Below, in pieces: positions 44,067 to 52,867 of a stretch of DNA of 64,000 nt. Within the stretch, counting starts at the first letter, position 1; every line of letters starts with the position of its first letter. A program made the translations under genes and the position numbers. Under the pieces are notes generated by a model. That model was not told the origin of the DNA, made no database searches, and saw only the letters and a program-made list of their open reading frames with translations. This stretch comes from Thermomicrobiales bacterium (GTDB lineage: Bacteria > Chloroflexota > Chloroflexia > Thermomicrobiales > UBA6265), in NCBI GenBank assembly GCA_035944555.1, contig DASZAY010000026.1:117799-181798 (forward strand), given 5' to 3'.

Positions 44067-44247
44067 TCCAGCACGCTGTCTGGCTTCTGAGAGGAGCTGA
44101 TACGTTCGTGACGGACGTAGCTCCGCCCGTTCTCCAGTGACACGGTGTGGCGAGTTTCACAACCGACCCGACACACCGTACGCTGCTGGAGCTGTTGCAG
44201 GACACCTTGGATCCGCGGCTCGGCCGTGATCTCGACCGGTCTCAGCG

Positions 44248-44300
44248 CAGGACCCAGAATGGCCCCGGCGATTTGTTCGCCGGGGCCATTCTGGGTCCTG
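44248..44300. terminator. Perfect 24-bp-stem hairpin (53-nt palindrome) between convergent genes
   Basis: CAGGACCCAGAATGGCCCCGGCGA (44248-44271), loop TTTGT, TCGCCGGGGCCATTCTGGGTCCTG (44277-44300). It lies 10 nt beyond the stop of the minus-strand regulator gene. Confidence 0.5.
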
Positions 44301-44310
44301 TTGCAGGTAA

Positions 44311-45123
44311 CTATCGTCTCGATCCGGCAGCCGCACGTAGCGCATCGGTCGTCCGCTCGTCAGCCGGGTAGAACGCCTCGATTGACAACTCCGCGGCCGT
44401 GATGTCGATCGCGGTCCCGAACGTGGTGATGGTGCTGATCAGCGCCAGCTCGCCGTCGCCGTGGCGAAGCCGAAGCGGGACGGCAATCCCGACCTCGTGC
44501 CCGACGGCTTCCCCGTCCGGCTCGGGGTAGGCGGTGAGTTCGGCGTAGAGCGCGACCAGGCGCTCGTCGGCCGTCAGATCGACCTGCTGCCGGAGCCGGC
44601 CGAGCAGGTGTGCCCGCCACTCCGCCAGGTTGACGATGCGTGGTGCGAGACCGTCCGGGTGGAGCGAGGCACGGAGGACGTTGGCCGGCGTCGCGAGTAG
44701 TTCACGCGGCAGTCCTACCGTCAGCACCCCCAGCGCGGCGTTGGCCTCGACGATCTCCCAGTGGCGGTTGACGACGACCGCAGGGTACGGCTCGTGGCCG
44801 CGCAGGATCTGCCGGATCGCTGCCCGGACCGGCCCGAGCGGCGGCGCGTCGAGCTCCGTCTCGGTGTAGGCGGGGGCAAACCCGCCGGCCAGGCAGAGTC
44901 TGTTGCGCTCACGCAGGGGCACGTCCATCTCCTCGGCCAGGCGGATGATCATCTCCCGCGATGGCTGCGACCGCCCTGTCTCGATGAACGACAGGTGGCG
45001 GGTCGAGACGTCTCCCCGGCCAGCAAGCTCCAGTTGGCTGAGGCGGCGCGCCTCCCGCCACTGACGAAGCAACTGCCCTACAGGCTGTCCAGCCAGTGCG
45101 GCGGCCATGCCCGTCCCTTCCAC
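44311..45123 (-). CDS. XRE-family HTH regulator with MmyB-like ligand-binding domain
   Basis: LSQLELAGRGDVSTRHLSFIETGRSQPSREMIIRLAEEMDVPLRERNRL followed by an MmyB-type C-terminal region (PYPAVVVNRHWEIV..AN). Confidence 0.8.
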   Translation of the reverse strand: MEGTGMAAALAGQPVGQLLRQWREARRLSQLELAGRGDVSTRHLSFIETGRSQPSREMIIRLAEEMDVPLRERNRLCLAGGFAPAYTETELDAPPLGPVRAAIRQILRGHEPYPAVVVNRHWEIVEANAALGVLTVGLPRELLATPANVLRASLHPDGLAPRIVNLAEWRAHLLGRLRQQVDLTADERLVALYAELTAYPEPDGEAVGHEVGIAVPLRLRHGDGELALISTITTFGTAIDITAAELSIEAFYPADERTTDALRAAAGSRR

Positions 45124-45183
45124 TGGGCGGCCCGAAACCGGACCGGCCCAGCTAGCCCGATCCGATCCCTTACCGCGCGCTGA

Positions 45184-45621
45184 TTACCTGGCCACCGGCT
45201 GGCGTCCAACCCGGCGTAGCTGCAGGAGTTGCCACTCGGTCAGCCCGAGCAGGACGACGGCCTGCAGGACGATGAACGCGCTACCCAGCCCATTCGGCCC
45301 GGGCCATGGTGTGAACAGGAGGATGACGCTCTCCGCGATCCAGAACATGTTCAGCGCGATGATCGCCCGGATGGCTGGTCTCGCGATGACCGGCCGGCTG
45401 GCGACCAGAGCGACGGCCGCGACGAAGAGCAGCAGAAACGCCCCCGCCCCGGCCAGCAGTCCGGCTGGCAACCCGAGCAGATCGTCCAGCAGCGTCGCTC
45501 CGGCCAGCATCAGACCACCTGTCGCGCCGGTCAGGATACCGTCGGCCATCAGCGCCCGGCGAAGCCCGGTGGTCATTGGTAGCCGTGTTTCACCAGGCTG
45601 CTTCATCATCAGAGTGGTCAT
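45184..45621 (-). CDS. Hypothetical membrane protein (4 TM)
   Basis: ATG 45621 follows GGGGAGGGATAGCC; the preceding gene's TAG stop (45624-45626) lies within this RBS stretch, 2 nt upstream of the ATG. Hydrophobic throughout. Confidence 0.5.
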   Translation of the reverse strand: MTTLMMKQPGETRLPMTTGLRRALMADGILTGATGGLMLAGATLLDDLLGLPAGLLAGAGAFLLLFVAAVALVASRPVIARPAIRAIIALNMFWIAESVILLFTPWPGPNGLGSAFIVLQAVVLLGLTEWQLLQLRRVGRQPVAR

Positions 45622-45623
45622 GG

Positions 45624-46004
45624 CTATCCCTCCCCGCCCGGCATCCGGTCGATGAAGCCGACGACCGCACGCAGCCGCCCGTCCTCGGCGAGTTCGCAGA
45701 CGTCGGTGCCGGCGATGACCGTCTGGTCCGTGCCGACGGGGCCGAGCTCCCACGAAAATCGGACCCGGTCGGCGAAGCCGTCGACACCCGGCGCGAGCCG
45801 GAACGCGAAGCCGGGGAACTGCCCCTGCGCCGCGCCGATCATCGCCTCGATCCCGTCGTGGCCCGTCCCCGTCATCATGGGATCGACATAGGTCGCGCCG
45901 TCCGCGAATGCCGCGGCGACTGCGGTCCGTCGTGCCGCCGGGTCACCCGCGTTCCAGGCGGCGATGTACCGCTCGGCGACGGCTGCGTAATTGATGGAGG
46001 TCAT
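45624..46004 (-). CDS. NTF2-like / SnoaL-like protein
   Basis: AERYIAAWNAGD...ATYVDP...G..GIEAMIG... pattern; 126 aa; RBS GGGAG. Confidence 0.7.
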   Translation of the reverse strand: MTSINYAAVAERYIAAWNAGDPAARRTAVAAAFADGATYVDPMMTGTGHDGIEAMIGAAQGQFPGFAFRLAPGVDGFADRVRFSWELGPVGTDQTVIAGTDVCELAEDGRLRAVVGFIDRMPGGEG

Positions 46005-46130
46005 GGGTCGTACTCCCGTCTCGTCCTCGTGCCAGCCGGGTCCGGTGACCTCGGCTCTGCGACGAGGATGCGACGGGATCGACGGCCGGACGATTACCCG
46101 GCAGGTAATGACCGGGGGTTCACCGGAAGT

Positions 46131-46937
46131 TCACCGCGGGGCGTCCAGCGCCGTCAGCCCTGTCTGGCGGGACCACCTGACGAAGCGGCGGGCGGTCCGG
46201 GCGCGGCCGAGCCGGGCGAGCGGTCCGAGCGGCTCCGTGTGGCCACGCTGGATCGCGGCGACCGATTCCAGGAGCGGATGCCACTGGTCCGGGGCGTTTG
46301 TCCGGAGCCGATCGACGGCGGCGCGTTTGGTGACGATCTCGCCGTCCCGGACCGTTACGAGGATGCGGCAGAGTGTGGCCACAGTCCAGACCAGTTCCTC
46401 CTGCCGCAGCAGGCGAGGCAGGGCAAGGACCGACTGCCACGGTGCCCAGTAGTCGGCCAGGTTGTAGCGCATCGCCCCCAGCACGTCGTCCCACGTCACC
46501 GGCAGTCCCAGTGCGGCTGGCGGGGGACCGAGCAGCCTGATGCCGCGCTCCCGGACCACCCAGCGGGTGACGGCGTTGAGGTCGGCGCCTCCGTCCGGCC
46601 GGTACAGGGCATCGCGGAACGTCGGGCGCGGGATCGCCTCATCGCCATCGCCCCGCAGAGCGCGGAGCGTCACGTAGCCCACGTCCAGCCGCCGCGCAAG
46701 CTGGTGTCGCCGAGCCAGCCCCTTGTGCAGGTCCCTGATGGCGTTCACCTGCGCGGCGTCGGGCGCGGTTGGTAGCGCGACGACGACATCGATATCACTC
46801 GTGGGTGGGTCGAACCCGTCCAGGAGGACGAGGGACCCGAACACGTACGCCCCGACCGGTTCCATCGGCAGCCCGCCCAGCCCGGTGGCCAGGTCATCGA
46901 GCAGCGCGGCGACGTCCGGCGGCACCGCCGCGGTCAT
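46131..46937 (-). CDS. Nucleotidyltransferase-domain protein (ANT(3'')/AadA-like with DUF4111-like C-terminal half)
   Basis: GAYVFGSLVLLDGFDPPTSDIDVVVAL (G-S...D-x-D NTase motif) followed by a helical domain. The ATG overlaps the stop of the upstream FGGY kinase (ATGA). Confidence 0.6.
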   Translation of the reverse strand: MTAAVPPDVAALLDDLATGLGGLPMEPVGAYVFGSLVLLDGFDPPTSDIDVVVALPTAPDAAQVNAIRDLHKGLARRHQLARRLDVGYVTLRALRGDGDEAIPRPTFRDALYRPDGGADLNAVTRWVVRERGIRLLGPPPAALGLPVTWDDVLGAMRYNLADYWAPWQSVLALPRLLRQEELVWTVATLCRILVTVRDGEIVTKRAAVDRLRTNAPDQWHPLLESVAAIQRGHTEPLGPLARLGRARTARRFVRWSRQTGLTALDAPR

Positions 46938-48478
46938 GCGGTGCCCATGCCAGCCGTGACCTGGATGGCGGCGAGCGCGTGGAGCTGGTCCCGGGTGTTC
47001 TCGTAGAGGTCGCGGTAGATCGGATAGAGCGTGTCGTAGATCTCCCGGCTGGCGGGGTCCGGACGCAACTCCTCGGCGATCGTCACCCACTGTCCCCGGA
47101 GCGCCTTTAGGTCCGGAATCAGCCCGGTCGCGAGCCCGGCGAGGAAGGCATCACCGAAGGCCGCGCCGGTCGTCCGCTCCGGCACATCCTGCGGTACGCC
47201 CGTGACATCTGAGACGACCTGCAGCCAGGTCCGGTTGCGGGCACCACCGCCGACCGCGACCAGTCGCTTCGGCGCCGAGCCCATCGCCGCCATCGTCTCG
47301 AGATTGTGCCTGACCCCGTAGGCCGTCCCCTCCAGCGCGGCGCGGTAGAGATGGGCGCGGGAGTGGTTTAGCGACAGTCCGGCGTACATGCCGCGAGCGT
47401 CGGGGTCGTTGATCGGCGTGCGCTCGCCGGCGAAGAACGGCAGGCAGACCAGCCCGCCGGACCCGGCTGGCACCGACGCGGCGAGGTCGCCAAGCGCGGC
47501 GTAGGCATTCGGCCCACCCGCCCGCTCGGCCGCCAGCTCCGGCCCACCGAGCGTGTCGCGGCCCCAGCGCGTCAGCGCGCCGGCGGCCGAGAGCCCGCCA
47601 GAAATCCCGAATGTCCCGGGCAGCACGTAATGGGCACTCCACATCCGGCGGTCGGCGTAGGGAGCGGCCGTCTGCTGGATAAAGAACAGCGTCGTGCCGT
47701 ACATCACCACCATGTCGCCCGGCTCGGTGACCCCGACGCTGATCGCCTCGGCGGCCGCGTCGATCGTCCCGATGGTCACGGGCGTCCCGACCGGCAGTCC
47801 GGTCTCCTCCGAGGCGGCGGCGGTGACCGTGCCGGCGAGTTCGGAGGCCGGCGCGATCCGGGGCAGCCGGTCGAGGTCGGTGATCGGGCCGGCGAAGCGC
47901 TCGTCCCACCGCCCAGCCCGCAGGTCGATCAGCGGGTTGTAGTAGGACGCCGTGTGGGTGTCCATCACCCGCTCGCCGGTCAGCCGGAGCACGACGTACG
48001 ACGACGCCGTCAGGAAGGTCGCCGTCCGCTCGTAGATCTCCGGCTCGTGGTTGCGGATCCAGAGGATCTTGGGACCCATCGCCTGCGACGTCAGCGTCAT
48101 CGAGGCGAGGTCGTACATCGCGTCCTCCCCGAAGTGGTCGTTGAGCCAGTCGATCTCGGCGCCGGCACGGGCGTCGATCCCGTAGAGGATGCCCTTGCGC
48201 AGCGGCCGCCCGTCGGCGTCGACCGGCAGCAGGCACGGCCCGATCGCGCTGATCGCGACGCCCTTCACTTCTCCGTCGGCGCCGGACAGAAGCTGCTGGC
48301 AGGCCCGGACGACATCCCCCCACCAGACGGCATCGGCGTCCTGCTCCCACCAGCCGGGTCGCGGGTTGTCGACGCCGTGCTCGATCACGGTTTCCCCCAC
48401 GACCTGTCCGTCCGGCGTGCAGAGCACGCCTTTGGTGCTGGACGTACCGATATCAATTCCGAGCAACAGTTCCGTCAC
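46934..48478 (-). CDS. FGGY-family carbohydrate kinase (xylulokinase-like)
   Basis: LLGIDIGTSSTKGVL..., ...GWWEQDADAVW..., ...VAVGGGARNRTWLQVVSDVTG... Confidence 0.85.
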   Translation of the reverse strand: MTELLLGIDIGTSSTKGVLCTPDGQVVGETVIEHGVDNPRPGWWEQDADAVWWGDVVRACQQLLSGADGEVKGVAISAIGPCLLPVDADGRPLRKGILYGIDARAGAEIDWLNDHFGEDAMYDLASMTLTSQAMGPKILWIRNHEPEIYERTATFLTASSYVVLRLTGERVMDTHTASYYNPLIDLRAGRWDERFAGPITDLDRLPRIAPASELAGTVTAAASEETGLPVGTPVTIGTIDAAAEAISVGVTEPGDMVVMYGTTLFFIQQTAAPYADRRMWSAHYVLPGTFGISGGLSAAGALTRWGRDTLGGPELAAERAGGPNAYAALGDLAASVPAGSGGLVCLPFFAGERTPINDPDARGMYAGLSLNHSRAHLYRAALEGTAYGVRHNLETMAAMGSAPKRLVAVGGGARNRTWLQVVSDVTGVPQDVPERTTGAAFGDAFLAGLATGLIPDLKALRGQWVTIAEELRPDPASREIYDTLYPIYRDLYENTRDQLHALAAIQVTAGMGTA

Positions 48479-48683
48479 GGTCGCCTATCCTCTCGCCTCA
48501 TCGCGTAACTGAAATCGATTCCACCCCGTCATTATGCCCTGACGGCCCGTCGTGTCACGCATCCGCCCCCAGCGGGTTGCCCATAGGACGGCGGGGAGCG
48601 CCTGCTATCCTTCGCGGGCTTCGTCGCCCCCGATCCGATTCCGTCCCCAAACCCCGACGCCCCACCCCGGAGAGCCGGCCAGC

Positions 48684-50048
48684 ATGACCCCATCCACCGC
48701 TGCCAAGGCCGAACCCCGCCGCGCGACCGGCTCTGATCGCTTCACCTTCCCGCTGCTGGTTGGCGCCGTCCACTTCATCGTCGTCCAGCTCGCGGCCGCA
48801 CTGGCGTCGCTCTACGGGACGGTCCGGGATGATCCGCGGAATGACGTCCCCGGCGCACTGGAATCTGCCCCGCAGTTCTACAAGGGTGACCCGTACGGCC
48901 CGGCCGACCTCGGCGGCCTGATCCAGCGCCTGGTGGAACCGCTCCGGTCATGGGACGGGCTCTGGTACACCTACATCGCCGACCGGGGCTACGCCGATTT
49001 TTCCAATGCCAATCCAGCCTACTGGCCGCTCTATCCATGGATGATGGAGCTCGGTAACCGGATCACCGGCTGGCCGATCGAGGTCGTCGGCTGGCTGATC
49101 GCCAACGTCGCCTTCATCGTGGCGCTGCTGTTCGTCTACTGGATCGTCCAGCTGGATTTCGACCGTCAGATCGCCCGGATCGCCCTCTGGGTGCTGGCGC
49201 TGTTCCCGATGGCCGTGTTCTTCTCGGCGGTCTATACCGAGTCGTTGTTCCTCGCCCTGGCTGCGGGCGCGCTCTACTTCGCCCGGACCAACTCATGGGC
49301 GCTGGCTGGCATTCTCGGGTTGCTGGCCGCCCTGAGCCGCTCGAACGGCGTGATGCTACTCCTGCCGTTCGCCGTGCTGTTCATCCAGCAGTACGGCTGG
49401 TCGCCCCGCCGCTGGGTGACGACCGGTCTGGCGTCGGCTGCCTTCGCCATCCTCCCGATCCTCGGCCCGTTGCTGTTCTACCTCTACCTCGACGGCGAGG
49501 GGATCGAGCAGACGCCGACCACCCCGGCCTTCGTCGAGGTCCAGGGACAGTGGTACCGGTACACCGCACCCCCATGGGAGACGTTCCGCTGCGCCGTCGC
49601 TGGCTGTACCGGCCCCGCCGATCACGAGTACATCCCGGAGAATTTCCAAGTCAATGGCGCTGACTGGCAATGGGCCAGCGACCTGATCGATGACCCGTCC
49701 TGGGACAACGTCACCTCCTACGCGTGGCGTGACACCTTCGCCAACAGCGATACGGTCGAACTGGTCGCCCTGTTGCTGTTCATCGGGCTGGCGATACTCG
49801 GGCTCCGGACGACGCCGCTCTACTACTCGGCCTACCTGCTGCCGCCCTTGCTGTTCCCGCTGTTCCAGCCGGGCGCTATTCACCCGCTGATGAGCATCCC
49901 GCGGTTCGGCATCGTGCTGTTCCCGCTGTTCGTCGTGCTGGCGCTGCTGCTTCAGCGCCGCGGCCCCCGAATCGCCTGGCTAGCCGTCTCGACCGCGCTG
50001 CTCGTCCTGTTCACCGTCCAGTTCGCCCACTGGTACTGGGTGTCCTAG
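48684..50048 (+). CDS. Polytopic membrane protein, GT-C-type glycosyl/mannosyltransferase-like (PIG-V-like)
   Basis: RSWDGLWYTYIADRGY motif plus about 9 further hydrophobic helices. Start ATG 48684 follows GGAGAG. The family call is tentative. Confidence 0.5.
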   Translation: MTPSTAAKAEPRRATGSDRFTFPLLVGAVHFIVVQLAAALASLYGTVRDDPRNDVPGALESAPQFYKGDPYGPADLGGLIQRLVEPLRSWDGLWYTYIADRGYADFSNANPAYWPLYPWMMELGNRITGWPIEVVGWLIANVAFIVALLFVYWIVQLDFDRQIARIALWVLALFPMAVFFSAVYTESLFLALAAGALYFARTNSWALAGILGLLAALSRSNGVMLLLPFAVLFIQQYGWSPRRWVTTGLASAAFAILPILGPLLFYLYLDGEGIEQTPTTPAFVEVQGQWYRYTAPPWETFRCAVAGCTGPADHEYIPENFQVNGADWQWASDLIDDPSWDNVTSYAWRDTFANSDTVELVALLLFIGLAILGLRTTPLYYSAYLLPPLLFPLFQPGAIHPLMSIPRFGIVLFPLFVVLALLLQRRGPRIAWLAVSTALLVLFTVQFAHWYWVS

Positions 50049-50121
50049 CCGACCCCGGTGGCTCCCGGCACCGACTGCCGGTCCCCGGTGACCAGCAAGA
50101 CCGGTCCGGTCGTCAGACCGG

Positions 50122-50170
50122 GCAGGAGGGTGACTGGCCAGCATCCAGCGCCATCCAGTCACCCTCCTGC
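50122..50170. terminator. Perfect 16-bp-stem hairpin between convergent genes
   Basis: GCAGGAGGGTGACTGG (50122-50137), 17-nt loop, CCAGTCACCCTCCTGC (50155-50170). Confidence 0.5.
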
Positions 50171-50241
50171 GTTACTCAGGCGGTGATCGTCTCCCGGCCG
50201 ATGTCGAGGATTCAGTTCGCCCCAACGTCCGCTCGGAACTG

Positions 50242-50808
50242 CTACTCGACGCTGGCGATGACGGCAGCGACGTCGACGGTAAACCCGGGCAACACCGTGC
50301 TGGCGTGGTGCCCCTGCTCATCCGGCTGGCGCTCCACGTACCGGTCACCCACCAGTGCCCAGACCGTCGCCGACCGCGCCTCAAGGTCGACCGTCCAGTA
50401 CTCGCGGACGCCCACGCTCCGGTAGAGATTCCGCTTGGTAGTCAGGTCATGCGTCCGGGTCGATGGCGACAGAATCTCAATGATGAGGTCCGGCGCGCCG
50501 ATGATGCGATTCGCCATCACGATATCGTCGTGCGCAGCGGCCACGTAGAACAGGTCGGGCTGGACGAGCATCCCGCCCAGGTAGACGTCCATCGGTGATA
50601 CGAAGACGCGCCCCAGCCTGCCCTGCATGACGACGGCGAAGAGCAGGGATGCCAGCGCCACCTGAACCGTCTGATGCAATGCGCTCGGAGACGGCATCTC
50701 GATCAACGCGCCATCGATCAGCTCATATCGCCGGCCGTCATCGGGCAGTGCATCGTAGTCCGCGATGGTATGGGGGCCAGTGGTCTGTGCGGTCTGCCTG
50801 GCAACCAT
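50242..50808 (-). CDS. Uma2-family (DUF820) endonuclease-fold protein
   Basis: ATG 50808 follows GGGAGGA. Sequence RYELIDGALIEMPSPS..H......L...., PDLIIEILSPSTRTHDLTTKRNLYRSVGVREYWTVD. Confidence 0.8.
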   Translation of the reverse strand: MVARQTAQTTGPHTIADYDALPDDGRRYELIDGALIEMPSPSALHQTVQVALASLLFAVVMQGRLGRVFVSPMDVYLGGMLVQPDLFYVAAAHDDIVMANRIIGAPDLIIEILSPSTRTHDLTTKRNLYRSVGVREYWTVDLEARSATVWALVGDRYVERQPDEQGHHASTVLPGFTVDVAAVIASVE

Positions 50809-51011
50809 AGGGTTGTCCTCCCATGACTCTCCACACGGGGGAGTTCCTGTTCGCTCGAGTGTGCCATACGATCCGGCGGCGCCAATCGCCGGATCAGCCA
50901 CGTACAATGCCCCGCACGACAGCCTGCTCTCGACACCTGCCGAGGACGGCCAGGGTCCGCGACGGCGGCCGCGATGGTGCGACCGGCCGATTCACAACAG
51001 AGGAGACACGG

Positions 51012-52682
51012 GTGACCGACGTGACTGACCGACCGATGACGGCCGCTGCCGCGACGCGCGAACTGACCGGTGGCCAGGCGGTGGTCGAACAGCTGAAGAT
51101 CGAGGGGATCGACACGCTGTTCGCGCTGCCGGGTATCCAGCTCGATGGGCTGTTCGACGCCATCTACGACGCCGTCAACGACGGGTCGCTCCGCGTCTTC
51201 CACTCCCGACACGAGCAGACCACCGCTTACATGGCCGATGGCTGGGCCCGCTCGACCGGGAAGATCGGCACCTGCGTCGTCGTCCCCGGCCCGGGGTTGA
51301 TGAACGCGCTCGCCGCCCTCTCCACCGCCTACGCCGCCAACTCTCCCGTGCTCTGCATCTCCGGCCAGATTCAATCGGACATGATCGAGTTCGGACGTGG
51401 TCTGCTCCACGAGATCCCGAACCAGCTCGGGATGGTCCGGTCCGCGACCAAGCACGCCGAGCGTGCCGTGCTGCCGGAGGAAGTCCCCGGCGTCCTGAAC
51501 CGCGCCATCCGCACGATGTGGGAGGGCCGGGTCCGCCCGGTCGAGATCGAGGTCCCGCAGGACACGCTCTTCCAGAAGGCGGACGTCCAGCTGATGCCGG
51601 CGGCCGGCCCACGCCCACGCCGTGAACCCAACCCGGACGAGGTCGAGGCTGCCGCGAAGCTGCTCGGCGGGGCGAAGAACCCGGTGATCTTTGCCGGCGG
51701 CGGCGTGATCGGTGGCGACGCGAGCGAGGAGCTCCGGCAGCTGGCCGAGCTGCTCCAGGCGCCGGTCGTGATGACCAACAACGGCAAGGGCGCCCTGTCT
51801 TCCCGCCATCCGCTGGCCCAGCACGGGCTGGCGGCGATCGACCTCGTACCCAGGGCCGATGTCCTGTTCGCCGTCGGCACCCGATTCGCCGACGCGGTCA
51901 CCCTGGCCTGGAAGCTGGAGCCGGGCAGAACCGTTGTCCAGCTCGACGTCGACCCGGAGGAAATCGGCCGGAACTATCCGGTCACCGCGCCCGTCCTCGG
52001 CGATGTCCGCGCCGGCCTCGCCGCACTGATCGACCGGATTCCCGCCCACAGTGGTGCCCGCCCGGACCGTACCGCCGAGTACGAGGAGCTGGACCGCAAG
52101 GTTCAGGAGAAGGTCGACTCCATCCAGCCGCAGGCCGGCTTCGCCCACGCCATCCGGAACGAGCTGCCCGACGAGGGGATCTGGGTGTCGGAGCAGACGC
52201 AGATCGGTTACTGGGCCAACCTCGGCCTGCCGGTCTACAACCCGCGGACGTTCATCGGTCCGACCTACCAGGGCACGCTCGGTTACGGCTTCCCGACGGC
52301 CCTGGGCGTCCAGGTCGCTCACTGGGATACGCCGGTCGTCTCGGTCAACGGCGATGGTGGCTTCGGCTTCGCGCTGGCCGAGCTGGCCACGCAGGCGCAG
52401 TTCGGCATCCCGCTGGTCTCTGTCGTCTTTGACGACGGCGCGTACGGCAACGTGCGCCGCATCCAGCAGGAGCAGATGAACGGCCGGACGATCGCATCCG
52501 ACCTGAAGAACCCGGATTTCCGCAAGCTGGCCGACGCTTTCGGAGTAACCGGCCGCCGGGCCGAGACGCCAGAGGAGCTCGCGACCCACCTCCGGGAGGG
52601 CTTCGCGTCCCGCGAGCCAACGTTGATCCATGTCCCGGTCAAGCCGATGCCGAACCCGTGGACGGCGATCGGGCTCCGGTAG
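51012..52682 (+). CDS. Thiamine-pyrophosphate-dependent enzyme (acetolactate-synthase-large-subunit-like)
   Basis: GIDTLFALPG..., SRHEQTTAYMADGWAR..., VVPGPGLMN..., and TPP motif VNGDGGFGFALAELAT...DDGAYGN. GTG 51012 follows AGGAGA. Confidence 0.85.
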   Translation: MTDVTDRPMTAAAATRELTGGQAVVEQLKIEGIDTLFALPGIQLDGLFDAIYDAVNDGSLRVFHSRHEQTTAYMADGWARSTGKIGTCVVVPGPGLMNALAALSTAYAANSPVLCISGQIQSDMIEFGRGLLHEIPNQLGMVRSATKHAERAVLPEEVPGVLNRAIRTMWEGRVRPVEIEVPQDTLFQKADVQLMPAAGPRPRREPNPDEVEAAAKLLGGAKNPVIFAGGGVIGGDASEELRQLAELLQAPVVMTNNGKGALSSRHPLAQHGLAAIDLVPRADVLFAVGTRFADAVTLAWKLEPGRTVVQLDVDPEEIGRNYPVTAPVLGDVRAGLAALIDRIPAHSGARPDRTAEYEELDRKVQEKVDSIQPQAGFAHAIRNELPDEGIWVSEQTQIGYWANLGLPVYNPRTFIGPTYQGTLGYGFPTALGVQVAHWDTPVVSVNGDGGFGFALAELATQAQFGIPLVSVVFDDGAYGNVRRIQQEQMNGRTIASDLKNPDFRKLADAFGVTGRRAETPEELATHLREGFASREPTLIHVPVKPMPNPWTAIGLR

Positions 52683-52707
52683 TCTGACCAGCATCCTTCC
52701 GCGTGAA

Positions 52708-52737
52708 GCGGCCCGGTCGGTTCGCCGACCGGGCCGC
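52708..52737 (+). terminator. Rho-independent-type terminator after the TPP-enzyme gene
   Basis: GCGGCCCGGTCGG-TTCG-CCGACCGGGCCGC followed by TCTGTGT. Confidence 0.65.
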
Positions 52738-52776
52738 TCTGTGTCCGCCGGGTACGGGATCGAGAGCGCAGGGCGG

Positions 52777-52805
52777 TTGACGGGGATTTTGGGTTTCCGT
52801 AGGAT
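52777..52805 (+). promoter_or_regulatory. Sigma-70-like promoter upstream of the periplasmic-binding-protein gene
   Basis: TTGACG (52777-52782), 17-bp spacer, TAGGAT (52800-52805). Confidence 0.45.
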
Positions 52806-52826
52806 CCGGAATACCGACTTGTATAG

Positions 52827-52843
52827 TCGGCATTCAATGCCGA
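52827..52843. promoter_or_regulatory. 17-bp perfect palindrome, candidate operator just downstream of the promoter
   Basis: TCGGCATT-C-AATGCCGA. An overlapping second hairpin, CCGACT(tgtat)AGTCGG, lies at 52814-52830. Confidence 0.35.
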
Positions 52844-52867
52844 CCCGCCACGAACGAAGGATCTTCG

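Noticed and set aside
50242-50808. Uma2 nuclease-fold gene as part of a restriction-modification or defence island.
   Set aside because: It is a lone gene with no adjacent methyltransferase, ATPase or other defence genes. Uma2 genes are commonly scattered singletons.
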